64,000 bases of DNA from Chiloscyllium plagiosum (GCF_004010195.1 NC_057720.1:27839473-27903472), one strand, 5' to 3'. Positions 25,215-36,100 are shown, counted from the stretch's first letter. Made by a program: numbers and translations. Notes: generated from the sequence alone by a model not told the origin.

Positions 25215-26626
25215 GTATGTTGTCCCCCTGTATAAGAAGGTAGTAAGGATATTCTGGGTAACTATAGACCAGTGAGCCTGACGTCCATGATGGTGAAGTT
25301 GCTGGAGAGGGTACTGAGAGATAGGATCTATTTATATTTGGAAAGGAATGAGCTTATCGGTAATGGGCAACATGGTTTTGTGCAGGGGAGATCGTGCCTT
25401 ACCAACTTGATCGAGTTCTTCAAGGAAGTGACCAAGTTGTTAGATGAAGGAAGGGCTGTTGATGTCATATATATGGACTTTAGTAAGGCGTTTGATAAGG
25501 TTCCCCATTGTAGACTAATGCAGAAAGTGGAGTCACATGGTGTGCAGGGTGTTCTAGCTAGGTGGATAAAGAACTGGTTGAGCAACAGGAGACAGAGAGT
25601 AGTAGTTGAAGGGAGTTTCTCGAAATGGAGAAAGGTGACCAGTGGTGTTCCTCAGGGGTCAGTATTGTGGCCACTGTTGTTTGTAATATACATAAATGAT
25701 CTAGAAGAGGGCACTGTTGGTATGATCAGCAAGTTTGCAGATGACACAAAGATTGGTGGGGTGGCAGAAAGCATAAGGGACTGTCAAAGAATACAGGAGG
25801 ATGTACATAGACTGGAGAGTTGGGCGGAAAAGTGGCAGATGGCTTTCAATCCAGACAAATGTGAGGTGATGCGTTTAGGCAAATCTAATTCTCGAGCAAA
25901 TTATACAATGAATGGAAGAGCCTTGGGAAAAGTTGATGGGCCTGAAGGGCCATTGTACCCTGAGGTTGCTGCACAGGTGGATAGAGTGGTCAAAAAGGCA
26001 AATGGTATGCTTGCCTTTATTGGACGGGGTATTGAGTATAAGAGCTGGCAAGTCATGTTAAAATTGTACAAGACATTGGTTCGGCCGCATTTAGAATATT
26101 GTGTACAGTTCTGGGCGCCACATTACCAAAAGGATGTGGAGAGGGTGTAGAGAAGGTTTACGAGGATGTTGCCTGGTATGGAAGGTGCTAGCTATGATGA
26201 GAGGTTGAGTAGGTTAGGTTTATTTTCACTCGAAAAGAGGGGGGAACCTGATTGAGGTTTACAAAATCATGAAGAGTATAGACAGGGTGGATAGAGATAA
26301 GCTTTTTCCAAGGGTGAAAGATTCAATAATGAGAGGTCATGCTTTCAAGGTGAGAGGTGGAAAGTTTAAGGGGGATACACGTAGTAAGTACTTCACACAG
26401 AGGGTGGTGGGCGTTTGGAACGCGTTGCCAGCAGAGGTGGTAGAGGCAGGCATGGTAGATTCATTTAAGATGCGTCTGGACGGATGCAGGAGTAGGTGGG
26501 GAGCAGAGGGATACAGATGCTTAGGAATTGACTGGCAGGTTTAGACAGTACATTTGGATCGGCTCAGGCTTGGAGGGCTGAAGGGCCTGTTCCTGGGCTG
26601 AAAAGTTTCTTTGTACTTTGTTCTTT
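25215..26626 (+). mobile_element. CR1 LINE RT region (292-aa open stretch) and 3' end; the matching 5' piece is probably 22246-22390
   Basis: ORF 25272-26150 with [31 protein letters not shown] and KFADDTKIGG. Tail tgtactttgttcttt. Confidence 0.92.
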
Positions 26627-26684
26627 GAGATGAAGGAGAAAGTAGCTGGGGGTTGGTGGGGCTGTAAAAGATGCAAAACCTGCT

Positions 26685-27337
26685 GGCACGCCACCCCCCC
26701 CACCTCCATCCAGGGTCTCAACTGTCCTTCCAGGTGAATCAGAGGTTCACCTGTTTCTCCTCCAATCTAGTTTACTGTGGCCGGCTCCTTCCGATGTTGT
26801 GTTCTCTACATCAGGAAGACCAAACGTAAACTCGGCACATTTCACTGAGTACCTCAACTGAGCCTGCAGGGACTGACCTGACCTCCCAGTCACTGCCCAT
26901 TTTAATACCCCTTCCCATTCCCTTTCTGACAATGAATCCTTGGTCTCCTCCATTGCCACAGCGAATCAGACTGCAAATTGAAGGAACAACACCTCATCTT
27001 CCACCTGGCAGCCTACAGCCCGGAGGACTTAACACTGAGTTCTCTAATTTCACAGAACCTCCCTTCCCAGTCCCTTGCCCTCCTTTCCATTCCTCTGATT
27101 GACCCTTCCTTCCAGCTACCAACTGGATTCATTCCTGCCATCAACCAACCAGGTCATATCTTCTACCTGTGTTCACCTATCCATCCCCTCCCCCTTTATG
27201 TGCAGCTCCCCTTACACCTCCCCCCAGGCATGAAAAATGGTTAGACCCGAAACGTTGACTTCTTCAGCTCCTGATACTTCCAGCCTTGCGCTTGACTGTT
27301 TTGGATTCCAGCATGTGCAGGTTTTTTTTTGTCTCTA
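26685..27337 (+). mobile_element. Penelope-like element 3' portion (GIY-YIG remnant plus 3' end); right arm of the inverted pair
   Basis: SFQVNQRFTCFSSNLVY..LYI(G)KTKRKLG..DLPVTAHFN..KLKEQHLIFHL..LNTEFSNF. A degenerate core ...gacccgaaacgttg lies at ~27230-27258. Confidence 0.8.
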
Positions 27338-28683
27338 AACAACTGTGTGACTGGTTCTCAGGTAACTAAACAGTTTGGAACTAGGAACAGGTCACAAAGA
27401 GACTGAAGTGTTCAGTTCTTCTTCAACTTGGGAGTGGTGTCTCTGCTCTCAGCAGTCAAAATATCCTGTAAAACTGAAGAAAACCATTCTATCTTTCCTG
27501 CAACAGGTGTTGAAACCTGTGACTGTTTAACTGCTAAGTCAGAGATCTTTTATGAGTGAACTAGCCATATGTGCCTCATACCAACCAGTGGAAGCATCTG
27601 GAGAAGATGTCTGAAATAAAGCGCTCAGTCATAAGGATTAACTCAACAATAGAACCTGGGAACAAAGACTACTGAAATGTCTTTTCAATTGTTTCCCTCT
27701 GTCCATAACCTATTTTACCCTGTCTTTTTGTCTGTTTCTGTGTCTGTAAAGAGGGAGTTTATAACAGAATTAGAGTATTAACTATTTAAGTAATATGCTG
27801 ACAGTTTACCTGTAGCTAGAGTCTAATTATTTGGAATAAATCGTGATTCCTTGTTCAGTACAGAAACCTGGTCTGTACTTACTATTAATATGAGTCTGAA
27901 AGTTCGGTAAATTAGAGCAGGTTCATAGTTCCTTGAAAGTGGAGTTGCAGGTAGACAGGATAGTGAAGAAGGTGTTTGGTATGCTTTCCTTTATTGGCGA
28001 GTGCATAAGAGTTGGGAGGTCATATTGCAGCTGTACAGGACATTGGTTAGGCCACTTTTGGAATACTACATGCAATTCTGGTCTCCTTCCTATCGGAAGG
28101 GTGCTGTGAAACTTGAAAGAGTTCACAAAAGATTTACAAGGATGTTGTCAGCATTTGAGCTACAGGGAGAGGTTGAATAGTCCAGGGCTATTTTCCCTCG
28201 GGTATTGGAGGCTGAGGGGTGATCTTTTTAGAAGTTTATAAAATCATGAGGGGCAGATTGGGAAAATGACCTTGACTATTCACCCTGAGAGGGAAGGAAA
28301 ACTAGAGGCCAAAGGTTTAGGGTGAGTGAGGAAAGATGTAAAAGGGACCTAAGGGGCAACGTTTTCACCCCAAGGATGGTGTTTGTATGGAATGAGTTGC
28401 TAGAGGAAGTGTTGGAGGCTGGTATAATAACATTTTAAAAGGCATCTTGATAGGTAAATGAATAGGAAGGGTGTAAAGGGGTATAGGCCAAATGCTGACA
28501 AATGAGACGAGACTAATTTAGGGTATCTGGTCGGCATGGACATGTTAGACAGAAGGGTGCTATACAGCTCTATGAATATATGACTGTATAACTCCTGAGT
28601 CTTTTATAAAATATTTAATTTTTGTGATGATTCCAGAATTAACAGGGTTTAATTTCCAATGCGTTACCCCTGTGAGTTGTAAC
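27338..28683 (+). mobile_element. LTR-like sequence (5' end probably at ~21568), containing a CR1 3' fragment at ~27921-28590
   Basis: Its 3' end ttttgtgatgattccag...tgtgagttgtaaca is homologous to the end of the 50654-51813 LTR. The CR1 piece has VKKVFGMLSFI, RTLVRPLLEY and a CR1 tail. Confidence 0.55.
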
Positions 28684-28985
28684 AACATTCCCACAACAAT
28701 ACTTGTAAGTAGAACAAGGAAGTTACCCCATTATCCTTACCATTTTTTATCCATGTGTTGACATTGCAAAATAGATTTTTTTGGTCTTGGGAACAAGGAA
28801 TGTCCTGCAGTTCCACCATCAATTTGATGGGACTAAAGTACCTTCTTTTGCATTTATTTATTCAATTATTATTTGAAGATCAGAAATAATAGCTAAAATT
28901 TAACAAAACATAAAATTTAAAACCTCTCAATTTTAAAACTCAATTAAATTGTGCTAGTTCATTATGTTAGTTTTTTTTTAACCCT

Positions 28986-29459
28986 TGTTTGTGGGCGGCA
29001 CGGTAGCACAGTGGTTAGCACTGCTGTCTCACAGCGCCAGAGACTTGGGTTCAATTCCTGCCTCAGGTGACTCTCTGTGTGGAGTTTGCACATTCTCCCT
29101 GTGTCAGCTCCGGGTGCTCAGGTTTCCTCCCACAATCCAAAAATGTGCAGGTTAGGTGAATTGGCCATGCTAAATTGCATGTAGTGTTGGGTGAAGGGGT
29201 AAATGTAGGGGAATGGGTCTGGGTGGGTTGCGCTTCGGCAGGTCAGTGTGGACTTGTTGGGCCGAAGGGCCTGTTTCCACACTGTAAGTAATCTAATCTT
29301 AAGTTCTTTTTTTTCTGAGTTTCTTACACACTTAATGTGACTGCAACACACCAACTTCTGTGACCAAGCAACATTTATGAAGCACGGTACAATTTCATAT
29401 TTGGAAAAACATCCAGCTTCCTGCAGGTCAGCAGAGCAAGTTAATTCTTTAAAATCACA
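28986..29459 (-). mobile_element. 3' LTR (internally deleted; HE1 inserted a few bases from its end)
   Basis: 29410-29459 matches the first 50 nt of the 5' LTR (34332-34381) at 46/50. 29300-29392 is homologous to the 5' LTR end (33810-33900). The terminal tgtt lies at 28986-28989, beyond the HE1. Confidence 0.75.
28993..29299 (+). mobile_element. HE1 V-SINE
   Basis: gggcggcacggtagcacagtggttagcactgctg head, V-domain, and taatctaatct tail. Confidence 0.92.
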
Positions 29460-29472
29460 TTCCCTCCTTTTA
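29460..29472 (-). other. Polypurine tract (PPT)
   Basis: Minus strand reads (t)aaaaggagggaa immediately before the TG of the 3' LTR. Confidence 0.75.
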
Positions 29473-29616
29473 TCGTTCCATGATAACCTCTTTGATGGCC
29501 CTACCAGCTTTCATAAGACTCTGACAGCCAGTATTTAAGCAAGTTATTGACACACAACATGCAATGATTATAACAACAAATTTTACTAGCCCATACAGTA
29601 GATAGGATCCCCAGTA
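29470..29616 (-). pseudogene. Possible retroviral env transmembrane anchor and cytoplasmic tail remnant
   Basis: 48-codon open stretch YWGSYLLYGLVKFVVIIIACCVSITCLNTGCQSLMKAGRAIKEVIMER*. It has a hydrophobic span followed by cysteines, and its stop overlaps the PPT, the usual position of env. Confidence 0.45.
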
Positions 29617-29822
29617 TCATCCCACTTGGAAAAAAGGTTCACCAGTAAAGTTCTTAAATCCACAGTCCTTAGTGTCCATTCCATTCCCTCCATGTCAGGT
29701 GGAAATTAGCCAGTTATCCAAAATCTCCTTCAGTAAAGTCCAACCTGAAAACAAAATTCAGACTGTTCTTCTGCATTATTCCACTGAGAAATCTGAATTC
29801 TTGGATAAGGGCAGTTAAATAC

Positions 29823-30136
29823 TTAACAAAGCTGACGAGACTTCCATCCTTATGGAAATGCTTCAGATGGAGAATACCAGTGCATCTGAGCGTGAATTAC
29901 AGTAGCTGCAGCTGCAGTAACACAGCATTCTTTGCTGCATCTGCTCCCACTCTGCTGTCAAATGTAACAAAGCCAACTGGCTGTTTTGATGTTAGCTTGA
30001 TCAGTGAACCTTCATATCCCTTAAATCATCGAAAGAGAAGGTAAGGCTCACGTATTTTAACATCCATAGAAAGGCCACTGACAGAAAGCATACAAACCTC
30101 CTCTTCACTGTTAGCTTCTTCACTTTTCATGCTCAT
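29823..30136 (-). pseudogene. RBPMS2: Processed (intronless) RBPMS-family pseudogene, most like RBPMS2; in-frame stops and a large internal deletion
   Basis: [70 protein letters not shown] is the RBPMS/RBPMS2 RRM. It joins at ~29921 to the family C-terminus [42 protein letters not shown], the Ala run and WY favour RBPMS2 over RBPMS. Confidence 0.9.
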
Positions 30137-32030
30137 GACTGAGAGCTGATTGAATCTGTTGGATCAGGGTGTGGAGGGGCGGGCAGTGACCAAAGGCATG
30201 CTTTACCTGTGAATGGAGAAACTCTCGAGACGAGGTTAGCTGCTGAAAGTATCTTTCTATTTCCTCTCTCATTCCTTCCTTGCCAAGGTGGTTATCAGTA
30301 TGAAGACAGTTACACATTTAACTACACTAAATTGTGTCTGCCTATTTCAACATTCTCCGTTATCTTGAAGTCTGTTACTCTGTTCACTATTTATGACATT
30401 ATCAAATTTCATACAATCCATAGACTTCTAAATTATATTGCCTAAACAGTTCAGTCACTTATAAACAACAATAAATGGTCCTAAAATCAAACCCTTGGGT
30501 GGATCCTATTCAGGTTTTCAAAACTTATTTTCCTTTGATAAATTAGTACTTGGCTAATGTGAAAGCTGTCAGGAAAAATATTTTAAAAATCTGTCACAGC
30601 AAGAAAACAACAAAATGTTTCCTGTCCCTTCAAATATTGGTGGGGAAAAATGCAGAATATATTAAAATATATTAAAATATATTCTCCAAATAAAACAGTT
30701 GAAATTTACAGTGGTTACACACCAATAACTGTACAACTTTGCTAGAGATCAGCATTCCTTGAATTTACATTGTGAAGGGGGCCAATGAAGTCTTAACAAT
30801 AATTGACAGATCTTAAACAGCTCAGACTCAAGTTCTAATATTCTCTAAAATCTTAACAAGACATCAAAATTAAAATGCACCCCTCTTTTTTGTGAACACT
30901 CTGCATTTTTTTTAAAAAAAGCCAAGATATTTTAATACAGTACTTTCATCTACCTAAAACATAACCACTAACACAGTTGTTTTTTGAAACGGGTATTGCA
31001 GAATTTCAAACGAATTAGGGGCTCAAAGCCTTCAATCAGTTTTAAGGCTCCATGCTTGATCATGTTTAATAATGTAAAAACAAAATCTGCCCTATTAGCC
31101 CACAAAACACACTGAATTAGGATCTCCATTCAAATAAGACGTAACAGTTACTTTAAACGATTTTGGGTTTCACCCCCCCACTCCCTGCGAAATAAAATCC
31201 TGTATAAAGACAATGCTGTTATATCGGGTATCAATCTTCTTGGGCTTTTAAAAAAAAATGCTGGAAGTCTTTAGCATGGCTTTCCCTTACATTTTTCAAC
31301 CCTTGCAACTTTGACTGGTGTTATAAGCATCTTCAAATTTTGACCATACATGACAACCACAGACAACTAAAACTTAAACCAGCAAAGAGTTATCACTTGA
31401 ACTGAATTTATTGTCATGTGTACCGAGGCACAGTGAAAAGCTTTGTCTTGCGAGCAGTGCAAGTAGATTACAGAGTTAAGTGGCATAGATAAGTAAATAA
31501 TAGGTAAACAGCAGCAAAAGCAAAAACACAGGTACAGGCGAATGTTCAGAGTTTGTGAGTACATTCAGTATTCTAACAACAGTAGGCTAAAAACTGTTTC
31601 GAAACTGGCTGGTGCGTGTGTTTAGGCTTCTGTATCTTCTCCCCAATGGTGCAAGTTGTAGAAAACAACTAGGGTGGGATGGATCTTTGAGAATGCTGGC
31701 GGCCTTTCCTTGACAGCGGGCCTGGAAGATGGATTCTACAGATGGGAGGTTGGCCTTTGTGATTGTCTGTGCCCGTCTCTGTAACCGTCTCCGATCTTGA
31801 ATGGTATAGTTCCCATACGTGGGGTAGTGAAGCATCCAGACAGACTCTTGATGGCACACCTGTAAAGGTTGACAAGGGTAATCGCCGTCATGCCAAATTT
31901 CCTCAGCTGCATGAGGAGAAGAGACGTTGTTGGGCTTTTGTAACCTGTGTGTCCACATGAAGAGTCCAAGAAAGCTTGTTGTGGATGACCACTCTCAGAA
32001 GCTTGATACTCTCCACTTGTTCCACCTCTT

Positions 32031-32338
32031 GGCGGCACGGTGGCACAGTGGTTAGCACTGCTGCCTCACAGCGCCTGAGACCCGGGTTCAATTCCCGCCT
32101 CAGGCGACTGACTGTGTGGAGTTTGCACGTTCTCCCCGTGTCTGCGTGGGTTTCCTCCGGGTGCTCCGGTTTCCTCCCACAGTACAAAGATGTGCAGGTC
32201 AGGTGAATTGGCCATGCTAAATTGCCGTAGTGTTAGGTAAGGGGTAAATGTAGGGGTATGGGTGGGTTACGCTTCGGCGGGTCGGTGTGGACTTGTTGGG
32301 CCGAAGGGCCTGTTTCCACACTGTAAAGTAATCTAATC
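32031..32338 (+). mobile_element. HE1 V-SINE (young, CpG-rich)
   Basis: Complete tRNA-like head, V-domain and tail, with many CpGs retained. Confidence 0.93.
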
Positions 32339-32567
32339 TCTGTGATGTTAATGTGTAGGGGGGGCATGACTAACATCCTGCAGAAATTCAATAATGAGTC
32401 CCTTGGTTTTGTCGGCATTGAGAGCTAAGTTGTTCTTGGTGAACTATTTTTTCCAGGTCTTCCACCTCCCATCTGTAGACTGTTTTGTCACCATCTGAGA
32501 TTCGACCGACTATGGTGGTATCGTCAGCGAACTTGTAAATGGCTTTAGTCAGGTATTTGGTGATGCA

Positions 32568-32772
32568 ACTGAAAAATGTGTTGCTGAAAAAGCGCAGCAG
32601 GTCAGGCAGCATCCAAGGAACAGGAGAATCGACATTTCGGGCATAAGCCCTTCTTCAGGAATGCCCGAAACATCGATTCTCCTGGTCCTTGGATGCTGCC
32701 TAACCTGCTGCACTTTTCCAGCAACACATTTTTCAGCTCTGATCTCCAGCATCTGCAGTCCTCACTTTCTCC
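32568..32772. mobile_element. PLE-derived hairpin element, copy 2
   Basis: Inverted arms. TSD tatttgg(t/c)gatgca at 32554-32567 and 32773-32786. Confidence 0.85.
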
Positions 32773-33786
32773 TATTTGGCGATGCAGTCATGGCTATACA
32801 GTGAGTATAGTAGGGGGCTGAGTACAGCACCCCTGGGGTGGAGGGGTCCGGTGTTGAGTGTTAGTGAGGATGAAATATTGTCCTCAACCTTCACTGATTG
32901 TGGCCTGTGGGTCAGGAAACTGAGGATCCAGTTGCAGACAGCGGGGCTTAGTCCAAGATCACTAAGTTTAGTAATTAGTCTCAAGGGGATAATAGTGTTG
33001 AAGGCTGAACTGTGGTCAATGAGTAGGATTCTTACATAGCTGTTCTTGGTGTCAAGATGTTCTAGGGAGGAGTGAAGGGCAAGTGATATGGCATCTGACG
33101 TGGATTTATTTGCGCTTAATATTTCCCATTATGTCATAATCATCAATCTTTTCCATGTGAATATCTTAACTACTGTCAGATATCAATAGTTTATTGTTTA
33201 AGCTATAATAACAAAGCTCCTCAGGAGTTCTGACTAGATTTATGCAAATAAAAGACGATTGCATTTAAAACCTGTAATAGGAATGTTTGACACATTTTTA
33301 AAGTCTCAACTTCCTAACTTATCCTATATACTAGTCTAGCATCTTTTAGTCTGCACACCCACTTCAGGGTCCTGATCTTCGCGTGGGGGGGTCTCCCCAC
33401 TTTACAACCGGTCTAAGGCATGGTGATAGAGACAGACACGGCAGTTAATTTTTATCTTGCATTTTATGTTCTCAGGCCTCAAACCTCAGCTATAGAGGAC
33501 TTTAATGCCAATTTACCTAGGGGACTTTAACCTCCTTTTCACAGAGGACTTTAACCTCCAAATTCCCAGTAACTTATGATTCTGAAAGCGAACTCCTTGG
33601 CATGCAAATGTGTAAGTTACCTCAAAGATTCCGTCACCACAGAGTTCTAGAGGATGAGGGGTCAACTGAGTGGTAGGTTAAGGAGAGAGACAAAGGTAAA
33701 TCTTACCTCGTGGGCCCATCTGTCTTACGCCACCAGCACTTGGACAATCACTTACTCAGTCCACCTGGAAGCTCAGTGTATGTTGG

Positions 33787-33805
33787 AATCCCACCATTGC
33801 CACCA
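33787..33805 (-). other. Primer binding site complementary to the tRNA-Leu 3' end
   Basis: Minus strand reads tggtggcaatggtgggatt, 2 nt after the LTR CA. The plus strand aatcccaccattgccacca resembles the vertebrate tRNA-Leu(AAG/TAG) 3' end AATCCCACC(G/A)CTGCCA-CCA. Confidence 0.8.
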
Positions 33806-33807
33806 AA

Positions 33808-34381
33808 TGTTGTTATTTTTTTCCTGAGATTCTCGCACACTTGATGCAACTTCAAATGCCAACATGTGAACAAGCAAAATTTATTAAGGACAGTACAATA
33901 CAAGCTTTGGAGAAACCTTGAACACTCTTCGCCATGCTTGTGAAGCGTGTCCATGGAAGCTCTCTGAACAAAGGAAACAGCCCTTCCTTTATACAAAATC
34001 TTTATATCACAGTCAGTAATGCACACAATATAACTCCAGCCACTCCCTCACAGTCAAATGCCACTCAAGACAAAATGCAGTGACCACATAATTTCCAGAA
34101 ACAATGTAATGTAAATCATTCCTTAATGGTCAAATCTGTTGAAATCTTTTTTTACTAACTGTACGGTGTGGTCAGAATTTCAATTGCTGTGTTCCAATTG
34201 ATGTCTGAATAGGTGATGATGATGCAAATGGCTCTGAATGGCAAGGAAATGGTTCTGAATAATAGGAGATGGTGATGTAAATTTCCTACAATCTATCTGT
34301 AAGTCAGAGGCATCTAACCCTAGCCTCAGGACATCCAATTTCCTGCAGGTCAGCAGAGCAAGTTAACTCTTTAATATCACA
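33808..34381 (-). mobile_element. 5' LTR (574 bp)
   Basis: Starts tgtgat and ends caaca. TATA-like gtataaagg at ~33990 and AATAAA at ~33885 on the minus strand. Collinear with the solo LTR at 45365-45906. Confidence 0.82.
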
Positions 34382-35070
34382 CCCTCTGACACCATCTTAA
34401 TTCCCTTGGCATTTGCTCCTTCACCTCTGCAATGATTCTAACTTCACTCTTTCAGTTTCCTTTTGTGATCTTGCTCCCACTCCTGTTTAGTGACTTGCAG
34501 TATTATCACATATTATGTCCTGCTCTTTTCTTGCTTAGCTACTGTTCCTGGGCCTGCTCTGATGATATGCTTTACTCTCTGCTTTGCTCTTGCTCAATTC
34601 CCATTCCATCTGGTATCTGAATAGTCAGATCATCTGCAAAAAAATTCAATATTTTTAAAAGATTATAGTCATAGGTACATTTATTTAAATCTAAAGCAGA
34701 TTAATTATTCTGAGAGCACTTTTGCAAAGATGCTTAGTATAACAGTTGGTAGCTACTCCTCGTCAAATCTTTGTAATGTCTAAAAGCTTCTAAGTGTCTA
34801 CAGTGCATCTGTTGATACTTAACACTTCTGAGCAGCCATTCAAATTGTACAAGGACAAATGGTTCTGAAATGTATTATTGTTACAATGAGCTCATTGTAC
34901 ATTTTTGGACTGAACTCTTTTCTAAGCTCTTGTTTGTTAACATATGATTACTGCAAATAGTGCCCTAGTTAGAATGAAGATCATTCCTTCCTATTTTATA
35001 ACTGTACATAGTTTACAAATTGAAAACATTATTATTTGTTGATTTTGTAGGTGTACTTCCGTCTTAAAGC

Positions 35071-35419
35071 CAGCGTGGTGGCTCAGTGGTTAGCGCTGTT
35101 GCCTCACTGCACTAGGGATCCAGGTTTGATTCCACCCATGGCCACAGTCCATGTGGAGCTTGCACATTCCCCCGTGTCTGTATGGTTTCCACTAGGTGCT
35201 CCAGTTTCCTCCCATAGTCCAAAGATGTGCAAGTTAGGAGGATTGGCTATGCTAAATTCCCTGTACTGTTCAGGGATGTGTAGGTTGGGTGTGTTTGCCA
35301 TGGGCAATGCAGGGTTACAGGGAAAAGGCAAGCAGATGGGTCTGGTATGATGCTTTTCAGGGGGATGCTGTGGACTCGTTGGGCTGAATGGCCTGTTTTC
35401 ACAGTATAGGGATTCTATG
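35071..35419 (+). mobile_element. HE1-type V-SINE (older)
   Basis: gtggtggctcagtggttagc head, V-domain, and ggcctgttttcacagtatagggattcta tail. Confidence 0.85.
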
Positions 35420-36100
35420 GAAGTATGAAGTTAATTTGAAATATGTTGGACTGCACAGAATGCCACTTGGCACACCTTCCACAGCATATTGATATGTCAA
35501 AATTGAAGAAAGTTATAGTATGGAAGCAAATCATTAAGGTCTTCAAATCTGCTGCGTTATACTTTTCTACGAGCCTCCTTTAAGTTCTTATCTGTTGTAA
35601 AATAAGATCTATGTAAGTACCTCTTTATAACGATAAGACCACTTTCCTTGAAACATTTTAGTCAATGTGCACTACATTTTTTGTCCTTCTATAATCTTGA
35701 TTTCCAAGTTGTAGATGTAGTTTCAACACTGAGATAACTAAGATTATATACCACTTTGACATGATCTCATTCCCATTGTACTCTATCCTATCACTCCTCT
35801 GTGTAGATTGGTTATTTGACTACTGACAATCTTAATATTACTCATGCTCTGGTCCACTTGAATGAATTTGCTCTGCCATACAGATATTAGGGATGGCAGT
35901 TAGATCTATGGCATTCCATATCAGTAGAAGACTCAGATTTAAGACTAGTTTGTGCAATTGTTTGCAGACAATTAGAGTGGAATAGATTTTCTTTCTGACT
36001 CTTAAGTGGGCTACCTTAAAATGTGTGCCAAGTCTCTCTGAAGGATAGTAAAATTTGGGCTTGATTTTAGATAATTGATGGTTGGTACCAGTTTATAGTT

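Larger units (their letters stand above)
31397..33105 (-). mobile_element. Rex1/Babar-like LINE 3' fragment inside the LTR element, itself containing an HE1 and a PLE hairpin
   Basis: [49 protein letters not shown] and TKAQQRL motifs. Tail caataaattcagttca at ~31397-31412. Confidence 0.85.
28986..34381 (-). mobile_element. Complete two-LTR, gag/pol-less retroelement (ERV-like) carrying an RBPMS2 cDNA
   Basis: 5' LTR at 34381-33808 (TG...CA). PBS at 33805-33787. PPT at 29472-29460. 3' LTR at 29459-28986, internally deleted, with an HE1 inserted near its end. CCCT on both flanks (28982-28985, 34382-34385). Confidence 0.8.

Noticed and set aside
25272..26150. 292-aa RT ORF as a functional gene
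   Set aside because: 5'-truncated CR1 fragment with an internal deletion and a premature stop.
32031..32100. tRNA gene
   Set aside because: tRNA-derived head of an HE1 SINE, followed by the V-domain. The same applies to the other HE1 copies.
29410..34381. 50-bp direct repeat first read as a circularly permuted RBPMS2 retrocopy or a giant TSD
   Set aside because: Both copies are the 5' start of an LTR: they are homologous to the solo LTR at 45365, one is preceded by a PPT, and the other belongs to an LTR followed by a PBS.
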